A stretch of DNA of 64,000 nt from contig JAVBOO010000012.1 of assembly GCA_031550435.1 (NCBI GenBank), positions 831-64,830 on the forward strand. Reading direction: 5' to 3'. The notes under the pieces are model-generated. The model did no database searches and had not been told where the DNA came from. It saw nothing but the letters and a program-made list of their open reading frames with translations. Positions within the stretch are counted from its first letter, which is position 1, and every line of letters starts with the position of its first letter. A program made the translations under genes and the position numbers. Below, in pieces: positions 55,845 through 64,000 of the stretch. The DNA is from Eubacteriales bacterium (lineage in GTDB: Bacteria > Bacillota > Clostridia > Lachnospirales > WRAX01).

Positions 55845-57047
55845 CTACCCTTCTTTCCGAGTCAATATATCCATTGCCCTCAACGACAGAGACGATATGA
55901 GCGAAACAGCCGCCCCGACCGTGAACGCCGTTAGAAGCAGCAAGAGCCTCAAAGAGATGCCGGCAATGCCCGTTTCGCCGAAAAAGCCGACGGAGATCAT
56001 ATAACCGGCCGATGCTCCGGCAACTATCGCGAACGCGGTTGTTAGCACAAGCTCAGCCAGCAAGGCCAAAAAGATTTTCAGCTTAGAGCTGCCTATACAC
56101 ATCATTATCGCGATTTCCGCATTTCGGTTTTTTAGCAGTATAAACGAGACTATAAACGCCATTAAAAGCGAGATAACCAAAAGCGCGTATAACGCACTGT
56201 CCATGTAATCCATGGTCGTTCGTATCGGCTTTAGAGTATCCGTGAGCTCGTCATCGTCCACAATGAGCCTAAAAAGCTTAAATGTTCGCTCCTGAGACAT
56301 TGCGGCTTTAAAATCCCGTACGACGCTTGCGTCTTTAAGCACATAGTAGCAATAATCATAGTCCGTCACAAGTGAAAACGCTCCCGAAGGGTTCTCGTAG
56401 AAATAGTTTTGTTTTAACAAGAATATTTCCTTCGTCAGCGATATCGGAACTATAACATCACTTTTAAATTCGTCGTTAAGACCTTCGTCGTCAAATATAC
56501 CGCAGACCTTATATGTAACAGGTTTTTCCGCGGAACGTTCGCGGCTGTCCCACATCAGTATTTCTTTACCGGGCGATAATTTAAGATCTTCGGCAACAGT
56601 CTTACTGACTATCGCGATATATTCCTCGGTATCAAACTTAAAATCATTGTTTGAGTAACCGTTCAGGTCGCATTTGTCGATTTCCGGACGCTTTAACGAC
56701 GGCAAATCGGCCACTCCTCGGAATGTAACCGTGATTTCGGTGTCGCTTTCCGCGCTTTTCGCGCTAACCGGGCCCTCTCTGTACGCGCTGTAATATCTGA
56801 ACATATCCTCATATTTTACGGGCAGTTCCGCGGCCTTCGGCCATAACCAGCCTTTTGTAACAGGCAGCTGGTCGATATACGAGTAATAAGCCTTTATTTC
56901 GTAAGAATCTAGGAATGCTTTCATTTTTTCCGCACTGTTTTCGCGTATCGAAGCCGAAACTCCGAAAAGCACGGAGATTATCGCAACCGTCAAGAGTAAC
57001 AGTAAATTGCTCCTCCTATGCCGGAACGCGCTCTTTAGAATCCACAC
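55845..57047 (-). CDS. ABC transporter permease, FtsX/MacB-type
   Basis: 400 aa. N-terminal TM, extracellular domain, C-terminal FtsX 3-TM bundle. GTG start after AGGAGG. Confidence 0.7.
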   Translation of the reverse strand: MWILKSAFRHRRSNLLLLLTVAIISVLFGVSASIRENSAEKMKAFLDSYEIKAYYSYIDQLPVTKGWLWPKAAELPVKYEDMFRYYSAYREGPVSAKSAESDTEITVTFRGVADLPSLKRPEIDKCDLNGYSNNDFKFDTEEYIAIVSKTVAEDLKLSPGKEILMWDSRERSAEKPVTYKVCGIFDDEGLNDEFKSDVIVPISLTKEIFLLKQNYFYENPSGAFSLVTDYDYCYYVLKDASVVRDFKAAMSQERTFKLFRLIVDDDELTDTLKPIRTTMDYMDSALYALLVISLLMAFIVSFILLKNRNAEIAIMMCIGSSKLKIFLALLAELVLTTAFAIVAGASAGYMISVGFFGETGIAGISLRLLLLLTAFTVGAAVSLISSLSLRAMDILTRKEG

Positions 57048-57069
57048 AATTCAGCCTCCTAAAAATTAA

Positions 57070-57125
57070 GTAAACAATGATTAATTGACTTTTGGCCGAT
57101 ACACGGCTGAATAATCCGCACTTGC
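57070..57125 (+). repeat. interspersed repeat family D, 5' module fragment D5 (inside the ABC operon spacer)
   Basis: GTAAACAATGATTAATTGACTTTTGGCCGATACACGGCTGAATAATCCGCACTTGC. Confidence 0.55.
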
Positions 57126-57172
57126 TTAAGTACCGGTAATAGTGCTACTTACTGCGATTTCTGTCCCGTGCA

Positions 57173-57838
57173 TCACAAAACCATCAGACCGTCCGATATA
57201 TGGAGTTGTTTATCGGACTTTTCGGCGACAGACGGATCGTGCGTTATAATAATGACGCAGCAGCCCTTGTCCTTTGCAAGTTTCACAAGCGCATTTATAG
57301 TATGCTCGCTGTTTTCGGTGTCAAGATTGCCGGTCGGCTCGTCTGCGAGTATAACCTTCGGGGTATTGCCCAAAGCACGGGCTATCGCAACGCGCTGCTG
57401 CTCGCCGCCGCTCAGCATAGACGGGAACTGTCCGAAATGCCGTTCGGTTAAACCCGTTGAAAGCAGAAGCTCCTTTGCCCTCTTTTTTGCTTCGCCGCGT
57501 TTAACTTTTGTTTGGGTCATGGGATACATGACATTCTCCAGCGCCGTCATCAGCGGGAACAGTTGAAAGCTTTGAAAAACAACGCTTATTTCATTGCGCC
57601 TGAACTTAGACCTATCCATCCCGCGAAGAGGTCTGCCGTCAAAATATATATCGCCGGAGGTAGGATTGTCGAGACCTGCCAGAAGCGAGAGCAATGTTGT
57701 CTTTCCCGAGCCGGATTTTCCGACTATGGCATAAACGCTGCCCGGTTCAAACTCATAGGAAATGCCCTTGAGGGCATCAACCTTTATGTACTTTGTACTG
57801 TACCGATATGTCACATTTTCAAGTTTTAATATAGACAC
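57173..57838 (-). CDS. ABC transporter ATP-binding protein (MacB/LolD-type)
   Basis: 221 aa. Walker A GKSGSGKTTLL, signature LSGGEQQRVAIARAL, Walker B ILADEPTGNLD. Confidence 0.9.
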   Translation of the reverse strand: MSILKLENVTYRYSTKYIKVDALKGISYEFEPGSVYAIVGKSGSGKTTLLSLLAGLDNPTSGDIYFDGRPLRGMDRSKFRRNEISVVFQSFQLFPLMTALENVMYPMTQTKVKRGEAKKRAKELLLSTGLTERHFGQFPSMLSGGEQQRVAIARALGNTPKVILADEPTGNLDTENSEHTINALVKLAKDKGCCVIIITHDPSVAEKSDKQLHISDGLMVL

Positions 57839-57888
57839 GGTTCACCTCTCTTGATACTTTTTGATACCCTTATACAGCCTTTTGGGCT

Positions 57889-58010
57889 ATTACTTCGGCA
57901 ACAAAATATATCAAAAATGCTATATTTGTTGTTCGCTCGCTCAGACGCAGGTGCGTCTGCTCGGCCAAAGTAACCGCGGTAAGTATTATGTGCGGTAATA
58001 AACTACCGCT
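57889..58010 (-). repeat. interspersed repeat family C, copy C5 (full length, inverted)
   Basis: The reverse complement aligns end to end with 1105-1235 (ATTACCGC..ACTTACCGCGGTTAC..GAGCAGACGCACCTGCGTCTGAGCGAG..CAACAAATATAG..TATATTTTGTTGCCGAAGTAAT). Confidence 0.7.
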
Positions 58011-58204
58011 GTCATAAATGTATTATAATACGAATTCTTAATTTGTAAAGTTTGTAAAAAAACCGGTTTTGTTTGCCTCATTACCCTCAGGCGTTTTAAT
58101 CACCGTTAAAACCGAATTTGTCATAGATATTTATTCACGCCTGTGATATAATTGCGGTATAAAAGCGCATGAATCCTTGTCAAATACGACGATAGGAATG
58201 ATTT

Positions 58205-60382
58205 ATGGATAAACTACCGAAAAATGAAATCTTTGATGAAACACTCGAAAAGCTTCACTGTTTAGCGGAATTGACATCCGATATCATATTCGAACTTGAC
58301 GAAAACTATATAATCACGTTTGTCTACAAGAGAAACAACCCTGCAGATTCAATACCGGCCTCGAAATACGCGGGCCTGTGCATTTTCGACATCATAAAGG
58401 ATGAGGGCGCGTCCCAAACTTCCAAGCTCTTCTCTTCCGTTTTGAACGGCGATTTGCAGCGCGGCTGCGTAACGTACGTAGACGAAACCGGCAGTCATAT
58501 CGAAATCGGGGCGATTGCCACAAAGCGCGGCGGTTTGTTCTGCACCGTGCGAAATCTTTCTCAGCGTCTGTCCCGGGGGCTCGGGAAATGTGATTCGTCT
58601 TTTGTCGGCACAGACTATAATGCCGAGGATGAAACCGAGAAAGCTCTGTCAAAACAGCTAATGCAGCAAGAGCTTCTCGCAATGGTGTCGCTCTCGTTTG
58701 CGTCGTCCGATTCTTTTGACGACTCTGTTAACTACTCGCTATCCATTTTCGGGCAATTTCTTAAGGCAGACCGGATGTATATCTTCGAGGATAATCATGA
58801 CAAGATGTACTTCCGCTGCGTATACGAATGGGCATCCGAAGGCACAATGCGCATTTTTCCGCATACGCAGGCGGCGCCTTACGACGACCAGCACGACAGT
58901 TATCTTCAGCTCTTGACACTGCCGTTCGTTGCCATAGGCGACACCGACATCTTGCCGTTATCCGAGCACCAAAAGCCCAAAGAACTTGGAATTTTGGCCT
59001 TTATTAACGTACCGATTTTTGCCGACGGAAAATTTTGGGGATTTTTGGGTGTCGATTCCTGCAAGACAAAAAGGAACTGGACAAAAAACGAAACAGAGCT
59101 GCTTTCTACCTTCGTTGGCATTCTTTCCACTGTTATCGAAAAGAGAAACGCCGAGAAGAAACTCCTCGCCGCAAACATTCAGCTTGAAAAAAACGTAACC
59201 GAACTCACGGTAATGGGCGAGAATCTGAAAGCCGCAGTTGAGGTGGCAAAACAGGCATCGAGAGCGAAAAGCGAGTTTCTCAGCAAAATGAGCCATGAAA
59301 TCAGAACGCCCATGAATGCCGTTATGGGCATGGTCGCGGTGGCAAAAAAATCAGATTCTGTTCATCATATAAAAACCTGCCTCGAAAAAATCGATAATGC
59401 ATCGACTCAACTTCTCGGCATACTCAACGACATATTGGACATTTCAAAAATCGAATCCGGAAAGTTCGAAATTTATCTGAGTGAATTCAGGCTAGATAAA
59501 ACACTGGAAGGATTATACGACATTATATCAACGCGAACAAATGAAAAGTCTCAGAAGCTGGACTTTGAAGTTAACTTCGATTTTTCGAGGAAAATTATTT
59601 GTGATGAACTCAGGCTGACACAGGTCATCATGAACCTGTTGACAAACGCGGTTAAATTCACACCCGAGTACGGAGTTATAAAACTTAAGCTCGGACACGA
59701 GCGCTCAGGCGAAAACAAAGAGCGACTCACGGTTGAAGTAAGCGATACGGGCATTGGTCTTAACAAAGAGCAGGCCGAGCGTTTATTCATGCCGTTCGAA
59801 CAGGCTGACGGCAGCATAACCCGAAGATTCGGCGGTACCGGCCTCGGTCTCGCTATTTCTAAGAGCATAGTCGAGCACCTGGGAGGGCAAATATCCGTTA
59901 ACGGTGTGCCCGGAGAAGGTTCTTCGTTCAAATTTTTCGTCGAGTTCGAATGGGGCGGTCCGGCCTTCGATAAAGCCGAGGCTTCCGATGTTCCGAACAC
60001 TATTCATGAAGGCATATGGCGTGGCAAAAAAATCCTGCTTGTCGAAGATATCGAAGTTAACAGAGAGATTGTGCACATGTGCCTTGAGATTACCGGCGTA
60101 CAAATCGACGATGCCGAAAACGGTGTCAAAGCGTTAGAAATAATGAAAACACGCGGCGGTGACTACAGTTTACTGCTTATGGATATACAAATGCCTGACA
60201 TGGACGGAATAACCTGTACAAAAAATTTGAGGCTTCAAGGCATAGACATCCCGATTATCGCCATGACGGCCAACGCTTTTAAAGAAGACGTGTCGGAGTG
60301 CCTGAGCGCGGGGATGTCCGACCACATTTCAAAGCCGTTTAACTTCGACGAGCTTTTAAGTAAACTAAAATGCTATCTTTAG
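58205..60382 (+). CDS. hybrid sensor histidine kinase/response regulator (PAS-GAF-HisKA-HATPase-REC)
   Basis: 725 aa, cytoplasmic. HisKA SHEIRTPMNAV, HATPase DTGIGL..GGTGLGLAISKSI, C-terminal REC (ILLVEDIEVN..LLMDIQMPDMDG..AMTANAF). No Hpt domain of its own. Confidence 0.85.
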   Translation: MDKLPKNEIFDETLEKLHCLAELTSDIIFELDENYIITFVYKRNNPADSIPASKYAGLCIFDIIKDEGASQTSKLFSSVLNGDLQRGCVTYVDETGSHIEIGAIATKRGGLFCTVRNLSQRLSRGLGKCDSSFVGTDYNAEDETEKALSKQLMQQELLAMVSLSFASSDSFDDSVNYSLSIFGQFLKADRMYIFEDNHDKMYFRCVYEWASEGTMRIFPHTQAAPYDDQHDSYLQLLTLPFVAIGDTDILPLSEHQKPKELGILAFINVPIFADGKFWGFLGVDSCKTKRNWTKNETELLSTFVGILSTVIEKRNAEKKLLAANIQLEKNVTELTVMGENLKAAVEVAKQASRAKSEFLSKMSHEIRTPMNAVMGMVAVAKKSDSVHHIKTCLEKIDNASTQLLGILNDILDISKIESGKFEIYLSEFRLDKTLEGLYDIISTRTNEKSQKLDFEVNFDFSRKIICDELRLTQVIMNLLTNAVKFTPEYGVIKLKLGHERSGENKERLTVEVSDTGIGLNKEQAERLFMPFEQADGSITRRFGGTGLGLAISKSIVEHLGGQISVNGVPGEGSSFKFFVEFEWGGPAFDKAEASDVPNTIHEGIWRGKKILLVEDIEVNREIVHMCLEITGVQIDDAENGVKALEIMKTRGGDYSLLLMDIQMPDMDGITCTKNLRLQGIDIPIIAMTANAFKEDVSECLSAGMSDHISKPFNFDELLSKLKCYL

Positions 60383-60457
60383 CGGACAGAGAAATACATA
60401 GCGACAGCGGCATCGTTCGAGTTTTTCTGAATAAACCAATTATAAACACTCATACTC

Positions 60458-60486
60458 TTGATTTTTTATTAATATAATTGTATAAT
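60458..60486 (+). promoter_or_regulatory. candidate sigma-A promoter of aqpZ
   Basis: TTGATT (60458-60463), 17-nt spacer, TATAAT (60481-60486). Confidence 0.55.
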
Positions 60487-60523
60487 TCACTTGATGTAAA
60501 AATTTGTTGGAAAAGGGTGGTAA

Positions 60524-61225
60524 TTGGTGAAAAGTATTAACAAGTATTTTGCGGAATTTATCGGAACAGCCGTGCTTGTATTATTCGGCTGCGGCGCCGC
60601 GGTTGCATCCGGCATCCCGGGCATCGGCCTCGATTTGTACGGCGTGGCGATGGCTTTCGGTTTAAGTATTGTCGCGATGGCGTATGTTATCGGCAGTATT
60701 TCGGGCTGTCACATCAACCCCGCTGTTTCTCTCGCAATGTTTATCAACAAAAAGCTTTCGCTGACTGATTTCATCGCTTATGTTATCGCACAAATTCTCG
60801 GTGCTTTGCTCGGCGCGGCAATACTCTCGCTTATTATCAGCTCGGCAGCAAATCTCAGCATTGCCGAATACGGAATGGGCGCGAACATGTTCGGCTCGAC
60901 GACTGCCGCAAGTCTCGACGCTGTCGGCGCGTTTGTTGTTGAGCTTGTTCTTACGTTTGTCTTCGTATTCACCATACTCGGCGTTACTTCGGAATCGAAG
61001 TTTGAAAGCATCGCCGGTATCGTAATAGGTCTTACACTTACGTTTGTACATATACTCGGAATCAAACTTACGGGAACATCGGTTAACCCCGCAAGATCAA
61101 TCGCTCCCGCTCTTTTTGTCGGCGGAGACGCTCTCAAACAACTGTGGCTGTTTATCGTTGCACCTCTTGCAGGCTCGGCTCTCGCAGCCTTTGTTTGGAA
61201 GGCTATAAGAGTAACGAGAAGATAA
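60524..61225 (+). CDS. aqpZ: aquaporin Z / MIP family channel
   Basis: 233 aa with six TM segments and two NPA boxes (HINPAVS, SVNPARS). The start is TTG 60524 or GTG 60527. Confidence 0.85.
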   Translation: MVKSINKYFAEFIGTAVLVLFGCGAAVASGIPGIGLDLYGVAMAFGLSIVAMAYVIGSISGCHINPAVSLAMFINKKLSLTDFIAYVIAQILGALLGAAILSLIISSAANLSIAEYGMGANMFGSTTAASLDAVGAFVVELVLTFVFVFTILGVTSESKFESIAGIVIGLTLTFVHILGIKLTGTSVNPARSIAPALFVGGDALKQLWLFIVAPLAGSALAAFVWKAIRVTRR

Positions 61226-61250
61226 ACAACCGAAAAACGAATATTATTGG

Positions 61251-61346
61251 GGCGACAGTTAAACCATTCGCTAAACTTGTCGCCTCAATCCCCCTTTGGC
61301 CCGCAGGACCGGCTATAAAGGGGTGACTAAACCGCGAAGTTTAATC
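61251..61346 (+). repeat. interspersed repeat family A, copy A5
   Basis: GGCGACAGTTAAACCATTCGCTAAACTTGTCGCCTCAATCCCCCTTTGGCCCGCAGGACCGGCTATAAAGGGGTGACTAAACCGCGAAGTTTAATC, 25 nt after the aqpZ stop. Confidence 0.7.
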
Positions 61347-61365
61347 GTTGGTCAAAATCACGGTC

Positions 61366-61406
61366 GAGAATCAGAACTGTTCATTGCGGCTCTGATTCTT
61401 TTTTTA
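61366..61406 (+). terminator. rho-independent terminator downstream of aqpZ (first of two)
   Basis: GAATCAG (61368-61374) pairs with CTGATTC (61392-61398), followed by TTTTTTT. Confidence 0.6.
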
Positions 61407-61415
61407 GCGGTAAAC

Positions 61416-61450
61416 TAAAAAATCGAGACAGCACGACTCTCGATTTTTTG
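61416..61450. terminator. second terminator hairpin (bidirectional shape)
   Basis: AAAAAATCGAGA-CAGCACGAC-TCTCGATTTTTT. Confidence 0.6.
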
Positions 61451-61840
61451 CATGTCTTCAGGGACTGTATTAAAAGCGTAATATCAACTGTCTCTCAGAT
61501 CCGTCACACCGTTTATTAAATGTCCGACCCTGCCAACCTTAACCCGGCACATTTAACTTCTATGTAAGAATGCACTTTCAAGCTTCCATTCACACTATAA
61601 ATACTACATTTTACTATATATCCCAAAATTATGCAAGGTGTAATTACTATTTTATGTATTTTTTTGCATTTTTGTTCTTTTTGCCATAAAGTAGAGCTTA
61701 TTTTTACATCGTTTTTGTAACATAATTCATTTTCAGATATATACAAATTTTCCAATTTGTGCTATAATTTCATTGAGGTCGAAAAAGGCTAGCCACAAAA
61801 AAAGATCTCGCAGGCATAAATCATATCAGAGGAGGACATT

Positions 61841-64000
61841 ATGAAGAAACATTCAAAACGATTCATCAGCCTGGCACTGAGCGTTGCAATGGTAATCGGT
61901 TCCTTCGGAATCACGAACACATTTGCAGCAAACCGACAAGAGAGAACTCTCACTGTCAGGCCGGGTATCGCGGAAGCAACCGAGTACGATAACATGCTTC
62001 TTAACGAAGAACTTGCATCCCGGTATTTGGAAACAAACTCGAACGATGTTCAAAGCAGTTTACTCGGCAGTTTAACCCCTGAACAAGTAAATTACGTTAA
62101 TGATTATGCGAAATCGATCGACACGAAACTCGGACTTATAGGATTTGATGAAGATTTTGATTTTTCATCCGAAGAACAGGTAAGCGTAATTGTCGAGCTT
62201 AACACACTGCCTTCCGCGATTTTGCCTGTTTACACGGCGCTTAACGGCGGCGTAATGAGCGAAGCGGCAGCAGAAAGAAGTGTCTTTGCTTCTCAGTCCG
62301 ATTTCTCGGCTCAGGCTGCAAATGCGGGCATTGCTGCTGAAATCGACATCATAAAAACATATTCAAAGCTTTTCAACGGTTTCTCCGTAACCTTACCCGC
62401 AAATACAGTTAAAGAGCTTGTCGCTCTTAAATCTGTATTCTCGGTTTCTCCCGACTTCACGGTTTGCCTCGACCCCGAGGAAGACGCTTCAACTCCTGTC
62501 GGAGCCGACGACTATTCCGACTTTAAAGGACTCGGAATGGCCGAAAGCAGAGAGCTTTTCAACATGAATTACATAAATGATACCCTCGGCCTTGACGGTG
62601 AAGGTATGCTTGTCGGTGTAATCGATACCGGCGTTGACTACAACAATCCGGACCTTATTAACGGTTTTGTCGGAGGCTATGACTATGTTGACAATGACGA
62701 TGATCCTATGGAAACTACATACGAGGATTATTTAAAAGTCAAAGACAGCATGCCTTGGATCAATCCCGATTCCGGAACGGTCTATATCACATCACACGGT
62801 ACGCACGTTGCGGGAACTATTGCCGGCAGAGGCGAGAACACTGAATCGGCTTATTCGACTCTCGGAATCGCTCCTAAGGCAAAGTTCAAAATGTATAGAG
62901 TACTCGGACCTTACGGCACGGGAACAACGTCAAACATCCTTGCCGCTATCGAGCAGTCTTACAACGACGGATGTGATGTTGTTAACATGTCTCTCGGTAT
63001 GAGCGCAAACCTTCCGTACTATGCAACGGTTACTATGGTTAACAACGCTGTAATCGGAGGCACCGTATTTGCCGTAGCTGCCGGAAACAGCGGATTTGAC
63101 CAATATTCGGGCAGAGTGGTTATGGGTTCGCTCGGCTGCCCCGGAACGGCTTATCTTGCTATCACTTCAGGCGCCGGAACAGCCGGAGGCGCTGACGTTT
63201 TCTCGTATGAAGAAGCCGAATTTACGGGCGCGTCTGAAGCAGTCGAAGTCAGATCTGTCGGCGGAGACTTCGACAACAGATTCGAGAACGATATTATCAC
63301 AAATACAACCCTTAACTATATAGAAGAAAAGGGTTATGAGTTCGTTATGGTTCCCGGTGTCGGCAATGTAAGCGACTATGCCGGTCTGCCTTCGCTTAAC
63401 GGAAAAGTAGCCGTTGTATACCGCGGCTCAATCAACTTTACCGAAAAGCTCGCAAACGCGATCAGCCACGGCGCAGGCGCAATGCTGCTTATCAACAACC
63501 TTGACGAATTCCTTACAAACATTTCCATATCAAACGAACTTAAAGATTCTATTCCCGTACTTTGCGTTACCGACAAGGCAGGGGAGATTATAAAGGCCGG
63601 CTACCAGGCAACAGTTTCCGCAGGAAATCCGGCGTACATTAAGCTTAATTCCGTTAACACTGTCCATGCAGAAAACCTGCTCGCTTCTTTCAGCTCGCGC
63701 GGACCGGTTGCTCAGCTTATCGGAATCAAGCCGGACATCGTTGCCCCCGGATTTGACGTTATGTCGACACAGCCGGCTTTTGCCGTAAATCCGAATTACG
63801 AAGACTCAGACTATACATACGCTTATGCGCGCAAGAGCGGAACCTCCATGGCATCTCCGCACATTGCCGGCATTGCCGTGCTTATGCGTCAGAAATTCCC
63901 GGATGCGACTCCGGCCGAAATCAAGGCTCGCATGATGAACACAGCTTACCCTCTTGACGACAATTACAGTGTTTTTGAAGTCGGAGCAGGTTTTGTTGAT
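61841..64000 (+). CDS. secreted subtilisin-like S8 serine protease with I9 propeptide and PA-domain insert (partial, continues beyond window)
   Basis: The frame is open for 720 codons to the window end and is absent from the ORF track because no stop lies in the window. GGAGG RBS and signal peptide MKKHSKRFISLALSVAMVIGSFGITNTFA. Catalytic triad motifs VGVIDTGVD, HGTHVAGTIAG, SGTSMASPHIAG. PA-like insert around GKVAVVYRGSINFTEK. Confidence 0.85.
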   Translation, partial: MKKHSKRFISLALSVAMVIGSFGITNTFAANRQERTLTVRPGIAEATEYDNMLLNEELASRYLETNSNDVQSSLLGSLTPEQVNYVNDYAKSIDTKLGLIGFDEDFDFSSEEQVSVIVELNTLPSAILPVYTALNGGVMSEAAAERSVFASQSDFSAQAANAGIAAEIDIIKTYSKLFNGFSVTLPANTVKELVALKSVFSVSPDFTVCLDPEEDASTPVGADDYSDFKGLGMAESRELFNMNYINDTLGLDGEGMLVGVIDTGVDYNNPDLINGFVGGYDYVDNDDDPMETTYEDYLKVKDSMPWINPDSGTVYITSHGTHVAGTIAGRGENTESAYSTLGIAPKAKFKMYRVLGPYGTGTTSNILAAIEQSYNDGCDVVNMSLGMSANLPYYATVTMVNNAVIGGTVFAVAAGNSGFDQYSGRVVMGSLGCPGTAYLAITSGAGTAGGADVFSYEEAEFTGASEAVEVRSVGGDFDNRFENDIITNTTLNYIEEKGYEFVMVPGVGNVSDYAGLPSLNGKVAVVYRGSINFTEKLANAISHGAGAMLLINNLDEFLTNISISNELKDSIPVLCVTDKAGEIIKAGYQATVSAGNPAYIKLNSVNTVHAENLLASFSSRGPVAQLIGIKPDIVAPGFDVMSTQPAFAVNPNYEDSDYTYAYARKSGTSMASPHIAGIAVLMRQKFPDATPAEIKARMMNTAYPLDDNYSVFEVGAGFVD

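Noticed and set aside
53665-57838. ABC ATPase plus two FtsX-type permeases, one with a roughly 540-aa extracellular domain, considered as a novel system.
   Set aside because: The architecture is the common MacB/FtsX-type Firmicute ABC module. The large variable extracellular domain is typical of the family, and no associated novel components are present.
61516-61755. 79-aa minus-strand ORF in the AT-rich region upstream of the S8 protease gene.
   Set aside because: The region is strongly AT-rich. The ORF has no RBS, shows odd composition (Cys/Ile/Lys-rich) and overlaps the likely protease promoter (TGCTATAAT at 61760-61768). It is more likely promoter or UP-element DNA than a gene.
1-64000. 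Window-wide scan for CRISPR arrays, prophage or integrase genes, toxin-antitoxin or defence-system gene clusters, and rRNA or other large ncRNA genes.
   Set aside because: None found. All sizeable ORFs have ordinary housekeeping, sporulation, signalling or transport assignments. The non-coding DNA is accounted for by promoters, terminators, one T-box, tRNAs and the repeat families.

Overview
64-kb chromosomal window from an endospore-forming Bacillota genome. spo0A, a ymxH/ylmC-type gene, BofC-like, GerMN-like and AI-2E/YtvI-like genes, a giant 2-hydroxyacyl-CoA-dehydratase-activase fusion and tryptophanase together suggest an anaerobic Clostridia-type organism, but taxonomy cannot be proven from sequence alone. 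I call about 46 protein genes, nearly all ordinary core functions. These include a minus-strand operon (rsmF-like, ygiQ, ABC exporter, MFS, methyltransferase), a small alarmone synthetase, rsmA, the Asp23/YloV pair, an MFS-GtrA-GT2-GT-C glycosylation cluster, rnr, a CYTH protein and spo0A. Further calls are an Hpt protein, tnaA, metK-nrdR, engB, an MCP, glgB, walRK with yycH/yycI-like genes, leuS behind a T-box leader, a MacB/FtsX-type ABC system, a hybrid histidine kinase, aqpZ and a truncated secreted S8 protease. There are three tRNA genes (Cys-GCA, Glu-CUC, Gly-UCC). I see no prophage, CRISPR array, defence island or obvious horizontally acquired block. The feature that gene annotation does not explain is non-coding: about three quarters of the longer intergenic spacers contain copies or fragments of four families of short, hairpin-rich interspersed repeats, labelled A-D here. 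There are roughly 28-30 copies covering about 2.3 kb by my coordinates. Between copies the stems show changes on both arms, one family has MITE-like inverted termini and a flanking duplication, and elements are nested in each other. Smaller observations: a phased array of Spo0A-box-like motifs upstream of spo0A, an orphan Hpt gene near spo0A, a histidine-phosphatase gene with RHG->RNG and no canonical start, and two tRNAs with C instead of U at T-loop position 55.
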